A stretch of DNA of 64,000 bases, taken from assembly GCA_965202585.1 (NCBI GenBank), contig OZ241831.1, positions 43,338,001 through 43,402,000 of the forward strand. Reading direction: 5' to 3'. Below, piece by piece: positions 21,303 to 34,609 of this stretch (position 1 is its first letter; every line of letters starts with the position of its first letter). The DNA comes from Thalia democratica (Eukaryota). The notes below the pieces were generated by a model that was not told the origin of the DNA, made no database searches, and worked only from the letters and a program-made list of their open reading frames with translations. The translations under genes were made by a program, and so were the position numbers.

Positions 21303-21560
21303 TAATTTCTTATTCAGAAGCTACAATATATTTTGGTAATTAATTTGCAATAGTTTTGATAATTTTTGCATATGTGTCAACCACTAAGTTTCAATATTGC
21401 ATTTAACTCGGAGAGTTTTAAAGCTGTTACTATACGACTTAATAATAAAAATTTTCTACAATTACTGTAATTAAACTGCAATGATGATACCTAGTAGTTG
21501 ACACATATACAAAAAATATTGGTAAATACCAAAAAGTATTGTAGCGTCAGAATATTAAAT
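21303..21560. repeat. Larger imperfect foldback (MITE-like)
   Basis: Arms ..CTACAATATATTTTGGTA..TTTTTGCATATGTGTCAACCACTAAG versus CTAGTAGTTGACACATATACAAAAA..TACCAAAAAGTATTGTAG. Confidence 0.8.
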
Positions 21561-21656
21561 TGAAATAAAGGTGCCTTTAACAATTTTTAAAATACATCTA
21601 TAATAAATTAAGTTTTGCCTCTCTAAAGTTATCATAATGAAATTAAATGTTTAACC

Positions 21657-21861
21657 CATAGGTCGGCAAACTGCGGCCCGCGGGCTGCTTTAAGTTTTTT
21701 TTTAATTAGTTTAATATATTATTATTCTCAAAAAACCAAAATAAAGTTTTAGTGCTATGTTTAAAGGATAATCTATAGCAAATTTATTTGTTCAAAATTA
21801 TCTTTAAATAGTTTTTTTAAAGCACATAAAAAACGTTGCTTTTTTGACCTGCTGATCCCTG
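21657..21861. mobile_element. ~205-bp internally deleted, degenerate MITE of the hAT family at 31376-34609 (opposite orientation)
   Basis: Left end CATAGGTCGGCAAACTGCGGCCCGCGGGC matches the reverse complement of the large element's right end. Right end CCTGCTGATCCCTG matches its left end. Flanks GTTTAACC / TTCTAACC (6/8). Confidence 0.75.
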
Positions 21862-23087
21862 TTCTAACCAAAAAATAATAGAGATTTTCAATTATTATTT
21901 ATAAAAATGTTGATGTAACTTTTTTAAAATTATTAAAAATTTATGATAAGTAATATATTTCAATTAAAACAATGAAATAAACACATTTTTCCTATATACT
22001 TATTTTTCATACTTACAATGATTAACACTTACAAATAACTTGGACGAATTCGGAGGTATTTTTTGCTCAATTTTTTCCAACTTTTTTTCCATATTTCTTT
22101 TCAAAGACGCAGTAATAAAAAAATCACATTCACCATTAACATCACAGAAAAATTTTAAAAATTAGTAAGACTAAAGACATATGTTGAAACTCTCGTGTCT
22201 ACAAAGTTTTTGAATTTTTTTAATTATGTATTTTACTTTTCTTAGGCCACCTTTTATAGGGCAGGGCATGCATTTTCTAAAATAAAAAGTCAGTGAACAA
22301 ATGACTAAAACTAAAAAAAGACCACACTTTAAATTAAATGACCTCTCAAAAGTTAGTTTTTTGTGCTTTTAAACTTTGATTTTTGAAACATACAAAATTG
22401 TTTATTAAAAAGTTGATCAAGTAAAATTTCCTTGCTTTGTGGTGTCTTATGCTAAATGTTTCGTAAATTCATTAATATAAACTTAGTTCTAAAATAAAAA
22501 GTAAAATATAAACTTATTTTTTATACAATACCTACCAAATAGTTTAGGATATTTTTAACTAAAGCTGTTTTTGAACTTAGTTTATCTTGGCTGTTATTTT
22601 TTGCTTTGGCTGAACCATTAAAATCAACCAACCATAAAAAATGGTCCATTTTTGCATAAAAAGTCCAATTTTGGCTTGACACCCATATATAAATACTCAT
22701 TAGTTGAAGAGGGTATTCATTTGTTCTACCACCTTGCTGGTGTTAACATGTATTATAACTTGACATTTGTATTATTTATTGTTTGTTATGAAGCTATTTA
22801 TTAAAACATAGTTATTTATTATAAAAAGCTTTCTTATTTAAACTTAAAGCAGTAAAATGTAAATTTATTTATGCATTCTTGAATATTTTTCTTTGAAAGT
22901 TAAAAGTGCTTTAAGGTTTTACAGGTATTCAAAGGTATTTCTATTACATTTTTTTTTTGTATTTTTAATTCATAGATAGTTCTTTAATTTTATTTGTTTA
23001 TTCTTTCATGCCTAGTTTTATAAAAATTAACCTTAAGTGTCATTTAATATCAGTATGAATTAGGTTAATGTTATTATTTATTATGGT

Positions 23088-23522
23088 CAAGGTTGCCACA
23101 CACTCAGGGAATTTAGGGAAACTCAGGTAATTTTCAAGCTATAGAAAATCTCAGGGGACTCAGGGAGACTCAGGGAAATTTAGGGAAATTTAATTCTTTT
23201 TTTCAAACTCAGGGAAACTCAGGGTAGTTTTGTTTTTTTCTAGACATTTCAAGGAAATTTTAAGATTTTTTGAAAGATCTTAGGGAAAAATTTTTCTAGA
23301 TCTAAAATAAGATTTAGTTAATCCAGTTTCAATACTTAGTTAGAAAAAGTTTGTTTTATTTATTTTTATATGCTTATTTTGAAACTTTTTAGTCTTGCTG
23401 CTAGTTCTTTAATATTCTTATAATTAAAATTGTATATAATCATTTGAAAAAAACTTAGGGAAATTCAGGGAAGTTTCTGGTCACTGAGGGAAGATTTTTT
23501 GACTTAAAGAGTGGCAACCCTG
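23088..23522. mobile_element. MITE with CA(A/G)GGTTGCCAC terminal inverted repeats and many CTCAGGGAA subterminal repeats
   Basis: CAAGGTTGCCAC at 23088 and GTGGCAACCCTG ending 23522; about ten (T/C)TCAGGGAA-like motifs. No clear TSD. Confidence 0.75.
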
Positions 23523-23567
23523 TGTAGTATATAAAGTAGGTTTAAAGTACACTATAACTGTTAACCC

Positions 23568-24759
23568 CAGGGACGTGTCTAGACTTTTTTCTAAGGGTGT
23601 TCACAACTTTTTTTTTTCTTAATTTGCCGCTTAAGTACGCATTTCTTAGGTATGCACTGCCAGTTAAGCACGCAATATTTAACCGAAAAACTTTGTGTTT
23701 GAAATGCTTTTTTTCTGCTTAGAAATAACAAAACATTTAAGTAAAAATAGAAAAGTATTATATTTATTTATTTATTACACTGTATAATTTTTAAATAGAA
23801 TAAAAACTAAAAGAACAAGAAAAAAATTATGAACATACAAATTTTGATTTAGATAATAGTATAGATGGAGTTCTTTCAAATTGCTCTTGTGAATTCTAAA
23901 TTCTTTACATTTATATATCTTCTAATATTAAAAAAATAATTTCAAGTAATTTAGTCTATTAAAATTGAAATTTTACTAAAATAATGTTTAGACTTATACA
24001 AACAAATTTGAAATCTTTAAACTATAATTAAATGTTTGCCTGATGGTGCGGGGATTCTTATGATGGTTTTGAAACTCTATGAAAATTTAAAAAAATAAAG
24101 AATAAACTTTGTGGCCAATAGATATACAAAAATAAAACAACTTTAATAAAAATTGAAATTTCACTTTACAAAATGTTTAGACTTATTCAATTAAATTAAA
24201 ATATCTTTAAATTATAAATAAATGTTTGCCTGGTGGTGCAGAGATTCTAAAGATGATTTTGAAAACTCTCTTAATTGAACTTTACAAGGTTTAAAAGCTT
24301 CACAAAACATTGTTATATACAATCAACTAATTAAAATAAAATTTTATTGATTAAATTGGATATTATCTAAGTAAAATTGTACTTACTAGTTGAAAAATAA
24401 TACTTAATTAAAAGTTATTTACAGTAAGTAAAAATTTATGGTGGGAATCATTATCATCTTAGTAAAAAGTATCCCAGAAAAAAAATGCAATTTTAAAACT
24501 TTTACCTATTATCACGTCACAATTAAAATTTATTTGTAATCAATTTCAGCTGGGCAAAAGCGAACATTTTTTATTTAGGAAACTTGTAATCTTTCAGTGT
24601 TATAAGTTCAACATTCATTATTCAAAGTTTATCAAGTAACCAAAACAAAGTCAATAAACAACGTTTTTAGTGATATTCTATGAATCTTTTTTTTGTTTTT
24701 TGTTTTCTTTTTTTTCAGGGGTTCACAGGAAACAGTAAACTAGTTAAAACACGCCCCTG
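23568..24759. mobile_element. Non-autonomous TIR element (~1.2 kb), probably hAT-like
   Basis: Ends CAGGGACGTGT / ACACGCCCCTG; degenerate flanks GTTAACCC / GTATAACC; internal ~200-bp tandem duplication; second partial copy at 19870-20781. Confidence 0.65.
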
Positions 24760-27030
24760 GTATAACCATACCTCAGTTCCGCGTAGGTAATAAGGTACTT
24801 CAGTGAATAAGTAAGCTTTTTTTATTATGTTGTTTTTCAATACAATAAAAAAAGGACTTAATAAAAATCATTAACAAAAAAAGTTAAAAAACTAGAATGA
24901 TATTTAGAAAACTATCAAAATTAACCTGTGTTTCACAAAAAAAAATTTAAAAGAACCTATGTCAGCCTCTAATGTTTTAGAATTTTGTCCTAATGACCTG
25001 AGGTCCTGTATAAACCTCTTTCTGTTCAAACAAGGAAAAGGTTTAAACTTAAATCTATGTAAGAAATTTCAATTAAAAGAAATATATTTACCGAAAATTT
25101 TTAGCTAAGTAAAAACTTTGATTAACTAATAAAGAATCATTTTTTTCTTCTTTTTTAATTTTTACAAACATTTTTGAATCACACAGGATGACCCTATCAA
25201 GCTTTAAATTCTTTACAACTTTTTAAAGAACTCGCTTAAGTTATCAATATAATTCAGAGTTGCCATGCTATTATGGTAGCTTGAATCATTTTAGAACTTC
25301 AGGCTGGTTGAACTTATTTGAACTCAGCCTCCTTCACGATTGAATTTTCTTAAAATATTTATGTTGTAGATCTTAGATTTTTTAAATATTATTCTAGCCG
25401 TTAAGATTTTGAGTTTTTAAATTTCTTACAAGCTTTTCAAAGCCTCGTGATGTCTTAAGCTAGTTTGATACAACTAATACTAGTTTTGGTCACTAGGCTG
25501 AATTTTGGTTTCAAAATAGTCTAACTTGATAAAGTTATAATCTTTCAAATTAATCAGAAATTCTTTTTGATAAGACTAAGTAATATCTTTTTTCTTCTCT
25601 CCGCACCTGATAAGAAATATATATAGTTTGATCAGATGGATTTATAATATGATAGTTGGATTAAAAAATTTCTGTTTAAGTTTTCTAAATATCCTTTAAC
25701 TCCAGCAAAAAAAATATTATCTTGTTTCCTGTCATTAAAAACTTAGATGTAAATATGAAAAATGGAAGCTAAATATCATGTGAACGACAAAAATTATTTT
25801 TCAAATAATTATTTAAATCAGAATTTAATTTTGATAGTTGGTTGTTTAATAAGTTATTTACTTTTTTACAAAAACTAAAATCTTCTTACAAATATTTGAA
25901 TTAAAGTATCTTTTGAAAAATTAAGTATGAAATTATTCCTTGTTTAATATAACTTAGGTCTAAGAGAGTTTAAGGTTGATTGGTTTTTTAAACTCCAGCT
26001 GGTTAAGAAAACTGTAGGAAATTCTGGTTATTTAGTATCCTTTTTAAACTTTAGAATATTTTTTTTGTAAATATTATAGTGTTTTTTTATTCTCTGGTAA
26101 TTTGAATTTTCAATTTATTGTATTAATTAATTTGTTTTTTCGGAAATATTTTAGTTATTTAACCTTATTAAATAATGATGTGTTTCAGTTTTTGACTTAT
26201 AAGGCTTTTTTATAGTTTTTTCTATTAAAAAACAATCTAATATATTTTAATGACTTAAAAAATATTTTTGAAACTTACAAAGATATTTTTACTAGTTCTA
26301 GCTTTGAAGATAATGAAAAATTAAGTAGCATTGCCTTAAAAAGAACAAAATAAGTAAAATGTGCTTGGTTTATTAAAAATAAAGCTAGAGACAATTTAAT
26401 TAAATTTAAGCATAAGTTTTCTACTGCTAGGTATAAACCTAATTTTTTTTTTATGAACCAGTTGAATTTAGTTGGAAGTAAGTAAAGAAAAGACATGTAT
26501 TTTATTCAGTATTTAGGTTTTTCGCACACTCAGATAATTATCTGACATGTGCTCGTTTGAATTTTTTGTTGTAAAACACTTTTTATTTTTGATAGTTTTT
26601 TTTAAATATAAGACCACTTTTTTGACTATCTTTAAACATTGCTTGTATTAAGTCATTCTAATGTTGTATGGGAAAACAGTGTATTAAAAAATTAGCTTAC
26701 ATGTAAAATGATGCTGAAAAGTTTATAAGTTCATTGTTTAAATTTGTTTTTTCTTTTAAGTACTTAAGTGGTATATATAATTTGATTTAACAGTTATCAA
26801 TTAATTAAAATATTTGTTATTATTCAAAATGAATTAATTATAACAACTAACATTTAGGATGCGAAATGAGAAGAATCATATCAGCGCAGCATCAAGTGAA
26901 CAAAAATCTGCACATGTTGAGTAAAAAGTTGACCAGAAAACCCAGCTTTCAACGAGTCCGATTAAACTTTAAAAGTGTTTCCTCTAATGCATGTTGACAC
27001 AAAATAAATTTAAAGTATTTTAAAACTTAA

Positions 27031-27362
27031 TTTTATTCATACCCCTATCTCTAACCTACCTTACCTCAATATATCACAAATTAATTAAACATAAAGTTTA
27101 GTAAATAACATCTAACATATTTTTAAGAGAGCTTATTTTTTATTGACTCAGCAAATATTAGGGGAATTACCGAAGAGTTTTAACCAGACTTCTTTTAATG
27201 GGTTCAATTTTTTTTGACTGCTAATATAGAGTCTTTTTGTTGATATGACGAAAATCCCCCAATATTTGCTGAGTCGGCATAAAAATGTTATAAAATTTTA
27301 TGTTTTAATTCGTTTTTAATGTGTTTGGGTAAGGTGGGTTAGGGTTAAGGGTATAAATAAAA
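27031..27362. mobile_element. Palindromic MITE/foldback element with CCTAACC-type arms
   Basis: Outer arms TTTTATTCATACCCCT..CTAACCTACCTTACC versus GGTAAGGTGGGTTAGGGTTAAGGGTATAAATAAAA. Inner arms GACTCAGCAAATATTAGGGGA (27145) versus TCCCCCAATATTTGCTGAGTC (27255), 20/21 complementary. Confidence 0.7.
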
Positions 27363-29459
27363 GAAATTAAAGTATTTTGTGTAAGATGGATTAGGGTTTA
27401 GGGTAAATATATTAAAAATAAATTAAAAAAAATATTTTTAATTGGTGATTCATCAAATATTTGGGAAAACACCTTTGCTTTAAAATCGGACCCCAAACAT
27501 AGTGCCTTTTTTCACTCTTTTGTTCAAATTAAACTATAATGAATAAAAGAATTCATAGTAGTTAGCTAATAAGACATTAAATTTAATGTCTAATTGTTAA
27601 TGTTAAGTTAATAATTAAGAGAGAGGTAGGCTCCGTTTTTAGTCGGCGGGCAATATGTGGAAAAATTTAGCAACAGCTGGGCTGAAACATTTCTTAGCAA
27701 TTAAATACACAAAAACTATTAAATTATTTTCGATTAACTGCCAGTTCTGTCAGACCTTTTATTACTACGGAAATTACATATCTCCCATAAATTAGTCTTA
27801 AGAACATTTTGCTCTTAATTTTAATTTTAAGAATTAGAAAATTGGTTTGGCGTGGCTGACTCACTAGCTTACGGACCACAGCTATTGCGCGTTTCTACTA
27901 AAATTTTGTAAATATTGGCGGACCGATCATTTTCACCCCACAGACCTAAAGAGTATGAAAATATTTTTTTTATTGTAAAAGTATATTTAATAAAAAAAAG
28001 CGATCGTTTGAATAATAGAAAATTACGATCATTATAGCTTAAGTTTGTGGGAGTTTTGTATTTATAAATCAGCAAATTTATAAATCAATTGACAAAAACA
28101 TCAACTGTTGCGGTTTCCTTATAAAACGATTAAAGCTAACTTCGTAACTAGCACTTCAACCTTTTACAACTAAGTGTGCACTAAAACTATTTTTGCATAT
28201 TTGTGTGCATAGATTTCAATCAGCTCGCTGACCGCTTCATCTACTTCTACTTAAATACACTATCACTTTGTATGTTATCTACTTAAGCTTTAAAATTGAA
28301 AAAATAAAATGTTTGTATGTTTATTTCCAAAAAACATACTTTAGACTCGTTTGAAACCTCTATTGTTGATTGATTGGTTTACTGCTCAAAGTTTAGAGCT
28401 TGACTGGTTTAACTAAATACAAATTAGATGCTAAAAATTGAATTTTGGCCATTTTAAGTTTCTCAGCTTGGCACAAACAAAAATTTTTGTTAATTAGTTT
28501 AAATTATCTTCCGCACTTAAGTGTACATTATTTTACATACATAAGAGATACACATTGTTTTTAAATAAATAGAAATCTTAATTCTTAACTAGAAAAATTC
28601 CTGACTTTCATCACTTCTAAAAATGTGCTCAAAATCAGTTTCTTTGCGCTGCAAGCACACTCAAATTAAACATCAAAAACTCTTGATTACGAATTAAAAA
28701 AATGGAAAGTTTTGCAGATAGATTTCTGCAAAAAATGTAACAAATATAAATACTTCTCGCTGAGAAGTCCACGGCATCTCCAATTAAAAATCTTGATGAT
28801 TGTCAAAACAACAGTGTACGTGTTTGATTTGTAAAGTATAAAGAATTGGTTTATTTTGACCTGGATTTTGAAAATAATGTTTTTATTACCCTGATAATGA
28901 CTTTTTTCTGTATGATATACCTAAAGTGACTTTGAAAATCGCAGAGTAACACTTTTTAAAAGTTGTTGAAACAATACTCGAACATTTTATGTTGGTGTGA
29001 AGTTTAAAAAATTTACAATAAGTTTCATAAAATTTATGAAGGTTTCGGTTAATTAAAAATGGCTTTGTCATTACTAGACTTGGCGTAGTACGCAAAACCA
29101 AAACTATTTTTTAAGGGTTAAAACACTTTTAAAAAGGCCCTTTTCCGATAAATAAGTAAAACTACTTTTAATTGATTCAAACTTTAGACTTTATTACTAA
29201 CTATAGCTTTTTATGACAATCTAAAAAACTGTTGGGCTTTGGAAAAAAAAACGGCAGCTAGTATCTGAAGTTCTTTAACTATAGTAATGTAATATTTACA
29301 ACTTCTGGTTAATGTTTTATATTTTTTTATACTTGCGTTAAACTTTTAATTTTTTTATGTCTAAACGATTGCAAATTATTACAAGTTTTATTAATAGTAA
29401 GTACTTATTATTCAAAGTAAAATAACTTTTCAGAAAATATTAATAATTAAACATTTGAG

Positions 29460-30719
29460 ATGGTTCGTAGAGTTGAACGCTTTAAAGCATTGAAAGAACA
29501 TAAAAAGCAAATAAAATACTTGGGGGTTTTAGAAGCAAGAAAGAACAACAAAATTGAAGAGAAAAATCTGCAGATCCACGACTTTCACCAAGGGTTCGTT
29601 GGAAACTGTTCGTTGATTGCCGCTCTGGCTGCTCTTTCGCAACGACCCGAGTTCTCGAGCGAAATCGCCCCGTCGATCGATTACTCGAAAGGCTTGCTCC
29701 ACTTCAGAATGTTCTGCGAGGGGGCGGAGGCGCGAGTGACGGTCGACGACAGGTTGTACTACGACAAAAAAAGAAACAAAGATGTGGACCTCGTTTACGC
29801 GCGTTCGTTGCGAGGCGACGATCAGGGCCGCGACCTGGTGTGCCTGTCGTCGTTTTTTGAAAAAGCTTTCGTGAAGCACGCTTGCTTCAACGACTACCGC
29901 AATTCCGAATGCACAGGAGCTTTTTTCGCATTTTCCTGTTTCAGCAACAACGTGACAAACCTTGTCACTTACGACGCAGACGAGTCGAAAGAAACCATCA
30001 TGGAACACCTGCGATACGAAATTGATAACAACAGCTCGGTGACTCTTGGTATCACGCCAGATATTAATCACTCAGTCGACTCTGATCAAGATGGACATTG
30101 CTATACTGTTATCGGTTATAGCGAACAGGAAAGAGCGGTGAAACTTTATGATCCAAGTTTCGTACAAGAATGTAGCTTTTCAAGTGAAAGTTTGCCCACC
30201 TCACTTACTATGGATGCCAATCATTACAACGGACAATTTTGGCTTGCTTTGAAGGAAATTGATCAAAGAGAAGTAGATATATGTGCTTTGCATTCTGAAA
30301 GTATGTACAAATCAGTTTATCATTTCAAAAAGATAATAAATCCATCCAAGTTTGATGAAAACAATGAAGCATGTTTAGGCGTATGCAAAATCACTCTGAA
30401 AGAAGCATCAACATTTATGGTAAACTTTTTTTCTTACTCACACGAATTCGAAGGTTTTGACATCATTGTACGAACTGATGGTGATGATAAAAATAATGTT
30501 AAACTAGATAAAGAGTTGCCTGATGCTTTTAATAGTACTTATTGTGATCAACATCGGAAAGGACAACCGAAGACTCAATATAATCAGAGGTTTCAGCTGC
30601 AACCAAACAATTACACAATTTCTTTAGAGTTCAAACCTATTTGTGAAAATCTAATAGATAAAGATTTAAGTCTGCATCTAAGAATGGGTTCTTTTCAAGA
30701 ATGCACATTTGAATTATGA
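29460..30719 (+). CDS. Intronless calpain-like cysteine protease (CysPc catalytic domain plus C-terminal domain-III/CBSW-like region, no EF-hands), 419 aa
   Basis: Calpain motifs: DFHQGFVGNC (Q44, catalytic C50), VTVDDRL, FFEKAFVK, GHCYTVIG (H213), VKLYDPS (D231 where calpains have N in RNPW). The C-terminal QRFQLQPNNYTISLEF..LHLRMGS resembles calpain domain III. Confidence 0.85.
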   Translation: MVRRVERFKALKEHKKQIKYLGVLEARKNNKIEEKNLQIHDFHQGFVGNCSLIAALAALSQRPEFSSEIAPSIDYSKGLLHFRMFCEGAEARVTVDDRLYYDKKRNKDVDLVYARSLRGDDQGRDLVCLSSFFEKAFVKHACFNDYRNSECTGAFFAFSCFSNNVTNLVTYDADESKETIMEHLRYEIDNNSSVTLGITPDINHSVDSDQDGHCYTVIGYSEQERAVKLYDPSFVQECSFSSESLPTSLTMDANHYNGQFWLALKEIDQREVDICALHSESMYKSVYHFKKIINPSKFDENNEACLGVCKITLKEASTFMVNFFSYSHEFEGFDIIVRTDGDDKNNVKLDKELPDAFNSTYCDQHRKGQPKTQYNQRFQLQPNNYTISLEFKPICENLIDKDLSLHLRMGSFQECTFEL

Positions 30720-31375
30720 ATGTTTAAGTCAAGGTGATCTAAAAATTTAGAAAAACTTTTACGTAAAAAGAAATATTTTTGTAACGAGTTTGCTCTATTT
30801 TTTACTTCGTTATTTGTCTATTAAAAGTTATATCAACGGTTGTTTACTGTGTGCAGATATTTTATTATTATTGATTATATTTTATAAACGATGGTCTAAT
30901 ACATTGGCGGTCAAAGTGTGCACACAATCCCTAAAATTTTGAAGTTTACACTATATATTCAGGAATTCTAGATGAAAAAAAACGAATTAATCATTATTAA
31001 AACTAATGTGTAAGTTAAACTACACATTATGAGAAAATTTGGGTGCACTGATTTATCATTTCTCTATTTGGTGTGCACTGATTTTGTTTAGCTGGACGAT
31101 CACTGTTCTAATACAACTTGGAAATTAATAGGGATTTTTGCCTAGCTTTAAAATGCGTAACTTGTCAATTCACCTACTGTATAGATAATAAACCCTTCTT
31201 TATAATTTGACTTTATCTTATTTTGTTTGTTTGTAATATTCTGTGAAGTTTAAGGGTATTGTTCTAACAAAGTTCAAGCAATAATAAAATTATTTATTTG
31301 TTTAGTATGCACACAGTTTTTTTTTTATTTTTGATTTTTCGGTTTAGATAATGATAGAGAACCTTTGCTCTAATC

Positions 31376-34300
31376 CAGGGGTCGGCAGGCAGTTAGTGCT
31401 CGCGGGCCAAATTTCAAGTTTCAAAAAACTTCGCGGGCCGCAGTTTTAGTTTTACTTACATTTAAACAACCTTCTGGTTTTAGTTTTAGTCACACTTTTA
31501 GTTAACTTTTATTAAGTTTATTATTTGGATTTACTTTTACTTTTACATAGACTATTTATTAAAAAAAAGGATTTACATTTACATTGACTAATATACTTAA
31601 TTCAAAATAAACTATGTACTACTTTTTCCAGTTAATAGTTTAACTTAATATTTACTTAACTTTTTATCAAAACCAAGCTTGAATTACTTTATGAGTGACT
31701 TTTATACATTTTTTTTATGTTATCAACTAATTTTTTATATAAAAAATTGTTAATTATTGAAAATAAATTTTAAGTTTTGAAAAATTTGCACTCTTTTAAA
31801 AATTTAGAAATTAGTTTACATAAAAATAAAACCTATTTGTACTGAAGAAACCTAAAACATTTTTTTTACATAATTATTGCTCAAATACTTTATTACTAAT
31901 TAACTTGTCTTTTACATAGTTGTCACTTTAACAGCAAAAATGTTTGAGTTATATAAAACCAGTCTAAGTTTACTAAAAGTTAAAAAAGCTTAAAAATTGC
32001 TGTTAATCAAGCTTAAATAATTAACTAAAATATTATCATTTCATAAAATGAAAATACATGTACAAAATATGTACGTAGCCTAGAATATATTACAATAAAT
32101 AAACTACAGTCATAAAACTATTATGAGTATTGACAGATTTACTAAAAGTACTTGAAAAATAAATTTTACACAGACCTGAGTTTTCAACAATGTCTTAAAC
32201 AGGTTTAATTTAGTCTGAGTACACAAAATTCAAAACTAGGCATTTTTTTTGCAACCCTGTTTATAACAAAGTTTACAAAAAAAAAAAACGAAATATAACA
32301 GTGAATTAAATATAAACAAAACAAAATAAATGTTATAAGTCAGCTTGAATGTATATTTAAGTTTTTTAAATATTTATAACGAAGAAATGAAAATTTATTA
32401 ACCCATTAATAAAAAGAAGTTTTTTTTTTTAGCATTATAACAAATGTTTATCGCAATAAAAATTTTGCATTTAAAAATAGTAAATGTGAAATATAAGACG
32501 AACTATAGAAATATAAAAACGTTGGTTAGGAGTTATTGCAAGAAACGAAAAAATGCTTACGTCAGTTTTAACAAAGCGCATGATTATCTTTAGTAACTAC
32601 AGACTTATCAGAACAAGTTTTCAAGGCATTTATAAAGTAGCAAAAGTAATTAATAAAAAGGAGATACCGTTTGAATTGAAAACATTTGTCTTAGCAACAT
32701 AACTTGGTACTACAAAAAAACAAGTTATCTATGAAATGTGGTGCCATATAATGACACTTGAAACAAAGTCAAAACTTTTGGAGTTTCAGATAAACGAAAA
32801 CAACTATAAAAATTTACACAATCTTTGAAACATTGAACTAATAACATATTTTGACTTTTTAGATGCAATTAATACTTATCAGACAATTTTTTTTCTACAA
32901 TTTTTTGACCTTCAATAGTTATAAATTAAATTTAGATTCTAAAAAACTTACACAAAAAAATTAAGTTAAAGTCTAACGCACATTTACAATCAAAGTTTTC
33001 TGCGTGCAATAGCTTGATTGAAGTTGTTTTTTTTTTTTTGTAAATTAAGTTGTATCACAAGTTATCAAACAACTCAAAAAATGGCAAAAGAATTAATAAT
33101 TAAATTAATGAAGAAGGATCATTTGAATCACATACGAAAAAATTATATTGTTCATATCTGCATCTGTAGCTTAAAAAAAAAGACATTTAAAACTCTTTTT
33201 TTTAATCTCAATTTCCAGGTTTTTGTAGCCAAATTGTTAAATTCAAGGTATTACGTCATCATTGATTTTTCACACTTATAAATTAATATAAATAATATTT
33301 CAAAGTATAGCAGCTGCAAGACTTAAAACATAAAATATATTGTAATCATAACCATAACTGTGAGTATAACAAAACATAAATCATAAGTTTGTTTGACACT
33401 CTTCAAAGCAAAAAGTTTTGAATAAGTGCCAAAAACTAGCCTGATAACTTAGATTTAAATTTTAGAACAAAAAAAGCAATTCAAGCTAAATACTAAAAAA
33501 ATGTCTAAATTAGCCTGAAATTTGAAAAGTATTCAATGACTGACTTAGTCCAATATTATGGCAAAGTTAAGTTGCTTAATTAATTGAATTTGAACTATTT
33601 TGATTAACAACTTTTAAATTTATTAATTTTACCATCACTAAATATAATATATCTTAAATACGTAGTTACAAAAAATAGCATATATATAAGGGTGGAAAGC
33701 AAAGAAATAAATTCGATCTACCAAAGACTTTTGTTTGAAAAATGAAACTGTATACATACCAATTTAAATAACAAGTAAATTTTTATTTCTGCATATATAC
33801 TGTTTTAAAAGTGTTTGTAAACACTAAGATTTTCAAGTAGAAAAAAAAAAATTATACATATGATTAAACTTCACTTAATCTAACTTAAGTATTTAAAAAA
33901 AAAGGTTTAAAAAATGGTTCTAAACATCTGTGTACATTGGTGTGTATAGTAATTAATTTAAATTGCACACAATCCTTCTAAAATTTATTATGTATTAAAT
34001 GGAAAATAAAATAAACCTATTTATTATTATGCTATTTTAAATGTTTTTGTGCACACTTAGATATAAATTACTGTGATAAAACATTTATAAAAAAATTTAG
34101 GTACTAATTACATGTTAAACAAAATACCTGAACTATACAGAATGAAATTTTAGTTAATTACTGTGCATTACATAGAAAGCATTTGCGTTTAGTTTGTTAT
34201 ATAAATAACTAAATAAATGTCATATATAAACTGCATCCAAGCACTTCTTTTTTCAGCTAATAATTTACAGATTCAATAAGAAAGTTATTGTGAAACTGAT

Positions 34301-34609
34301 ATAAGATCACTTGTCAAATGCTAATCTGTCTTTTTAACATTTTCAAGTTAAAGTATGTAATAGATTCTTTTAGTTGTTTTAAAATGTTATTTAGGGACTT
34401 AAAACGATATCAATCAATCTAAACCGAATTCCCGAAAAAAAGTTTACGAAAATTTATTTTTGCTCAGCGGGCCACATTTAGTAGCTCGCGGGCCGCAGAA
34501 ATTTCTCTCGCGGGCCGCATTCCATTTAAAAAAATAACGTGCTCGCGGGCCGCAGATTTACCCTTCGCGGGCCGCATTTGGCCCGCGGGCCGCAGTTTGC
34601 CGACCCCTG
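31376..34609. mobile_element. hAT-superfamily DNA transposon, non-autonomous (3234 bp)
   Basis: Perfect 12-bp TIR CAGGGGTCGGCA / TGCCGACCCCTG and perfect 8-bp TSD CTCTAATC (31368-31375, 34610-34617). GCGGGCC subterminal repeats: 2 at left, ~6 at right. No transposase-length ORF inside. Confidence 0.95.

Noticed and set aside
25570-25740. Short minus-strand peptides LSGAERRKK (hAT N-terminus-like) and FAGVKGYLENL (ATP synthase alpha-like)
   Set aside because: Too short, in broken frames, with no supporting flanking motifs; would need tblastx.
27330-27405. TTAGGG/CCCTAA motifs here and at 46057-46225 as interstitial telomere
   Set aside because: Only isolated units embedded in MITE-like arms, not a tandem array.
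29529-30071. 180-aa antisense ORF inside the calpain gene
   Set aside because: Explained by the GC-rich codon bias of the sense gene; no recognisable motif.
30720-30900. Poly(A) tail or TSD supporting a retrocopy origin of the calpain gene
   Set aside because: None visible; lack of introns is the only evidence for retroposition.
30899-31180. Tc1/mariner-like end TACATTGGCGGTCAAAGTG (similar text near 33932)
   Set aside because: No convincing matching second TIR; left unannotated.
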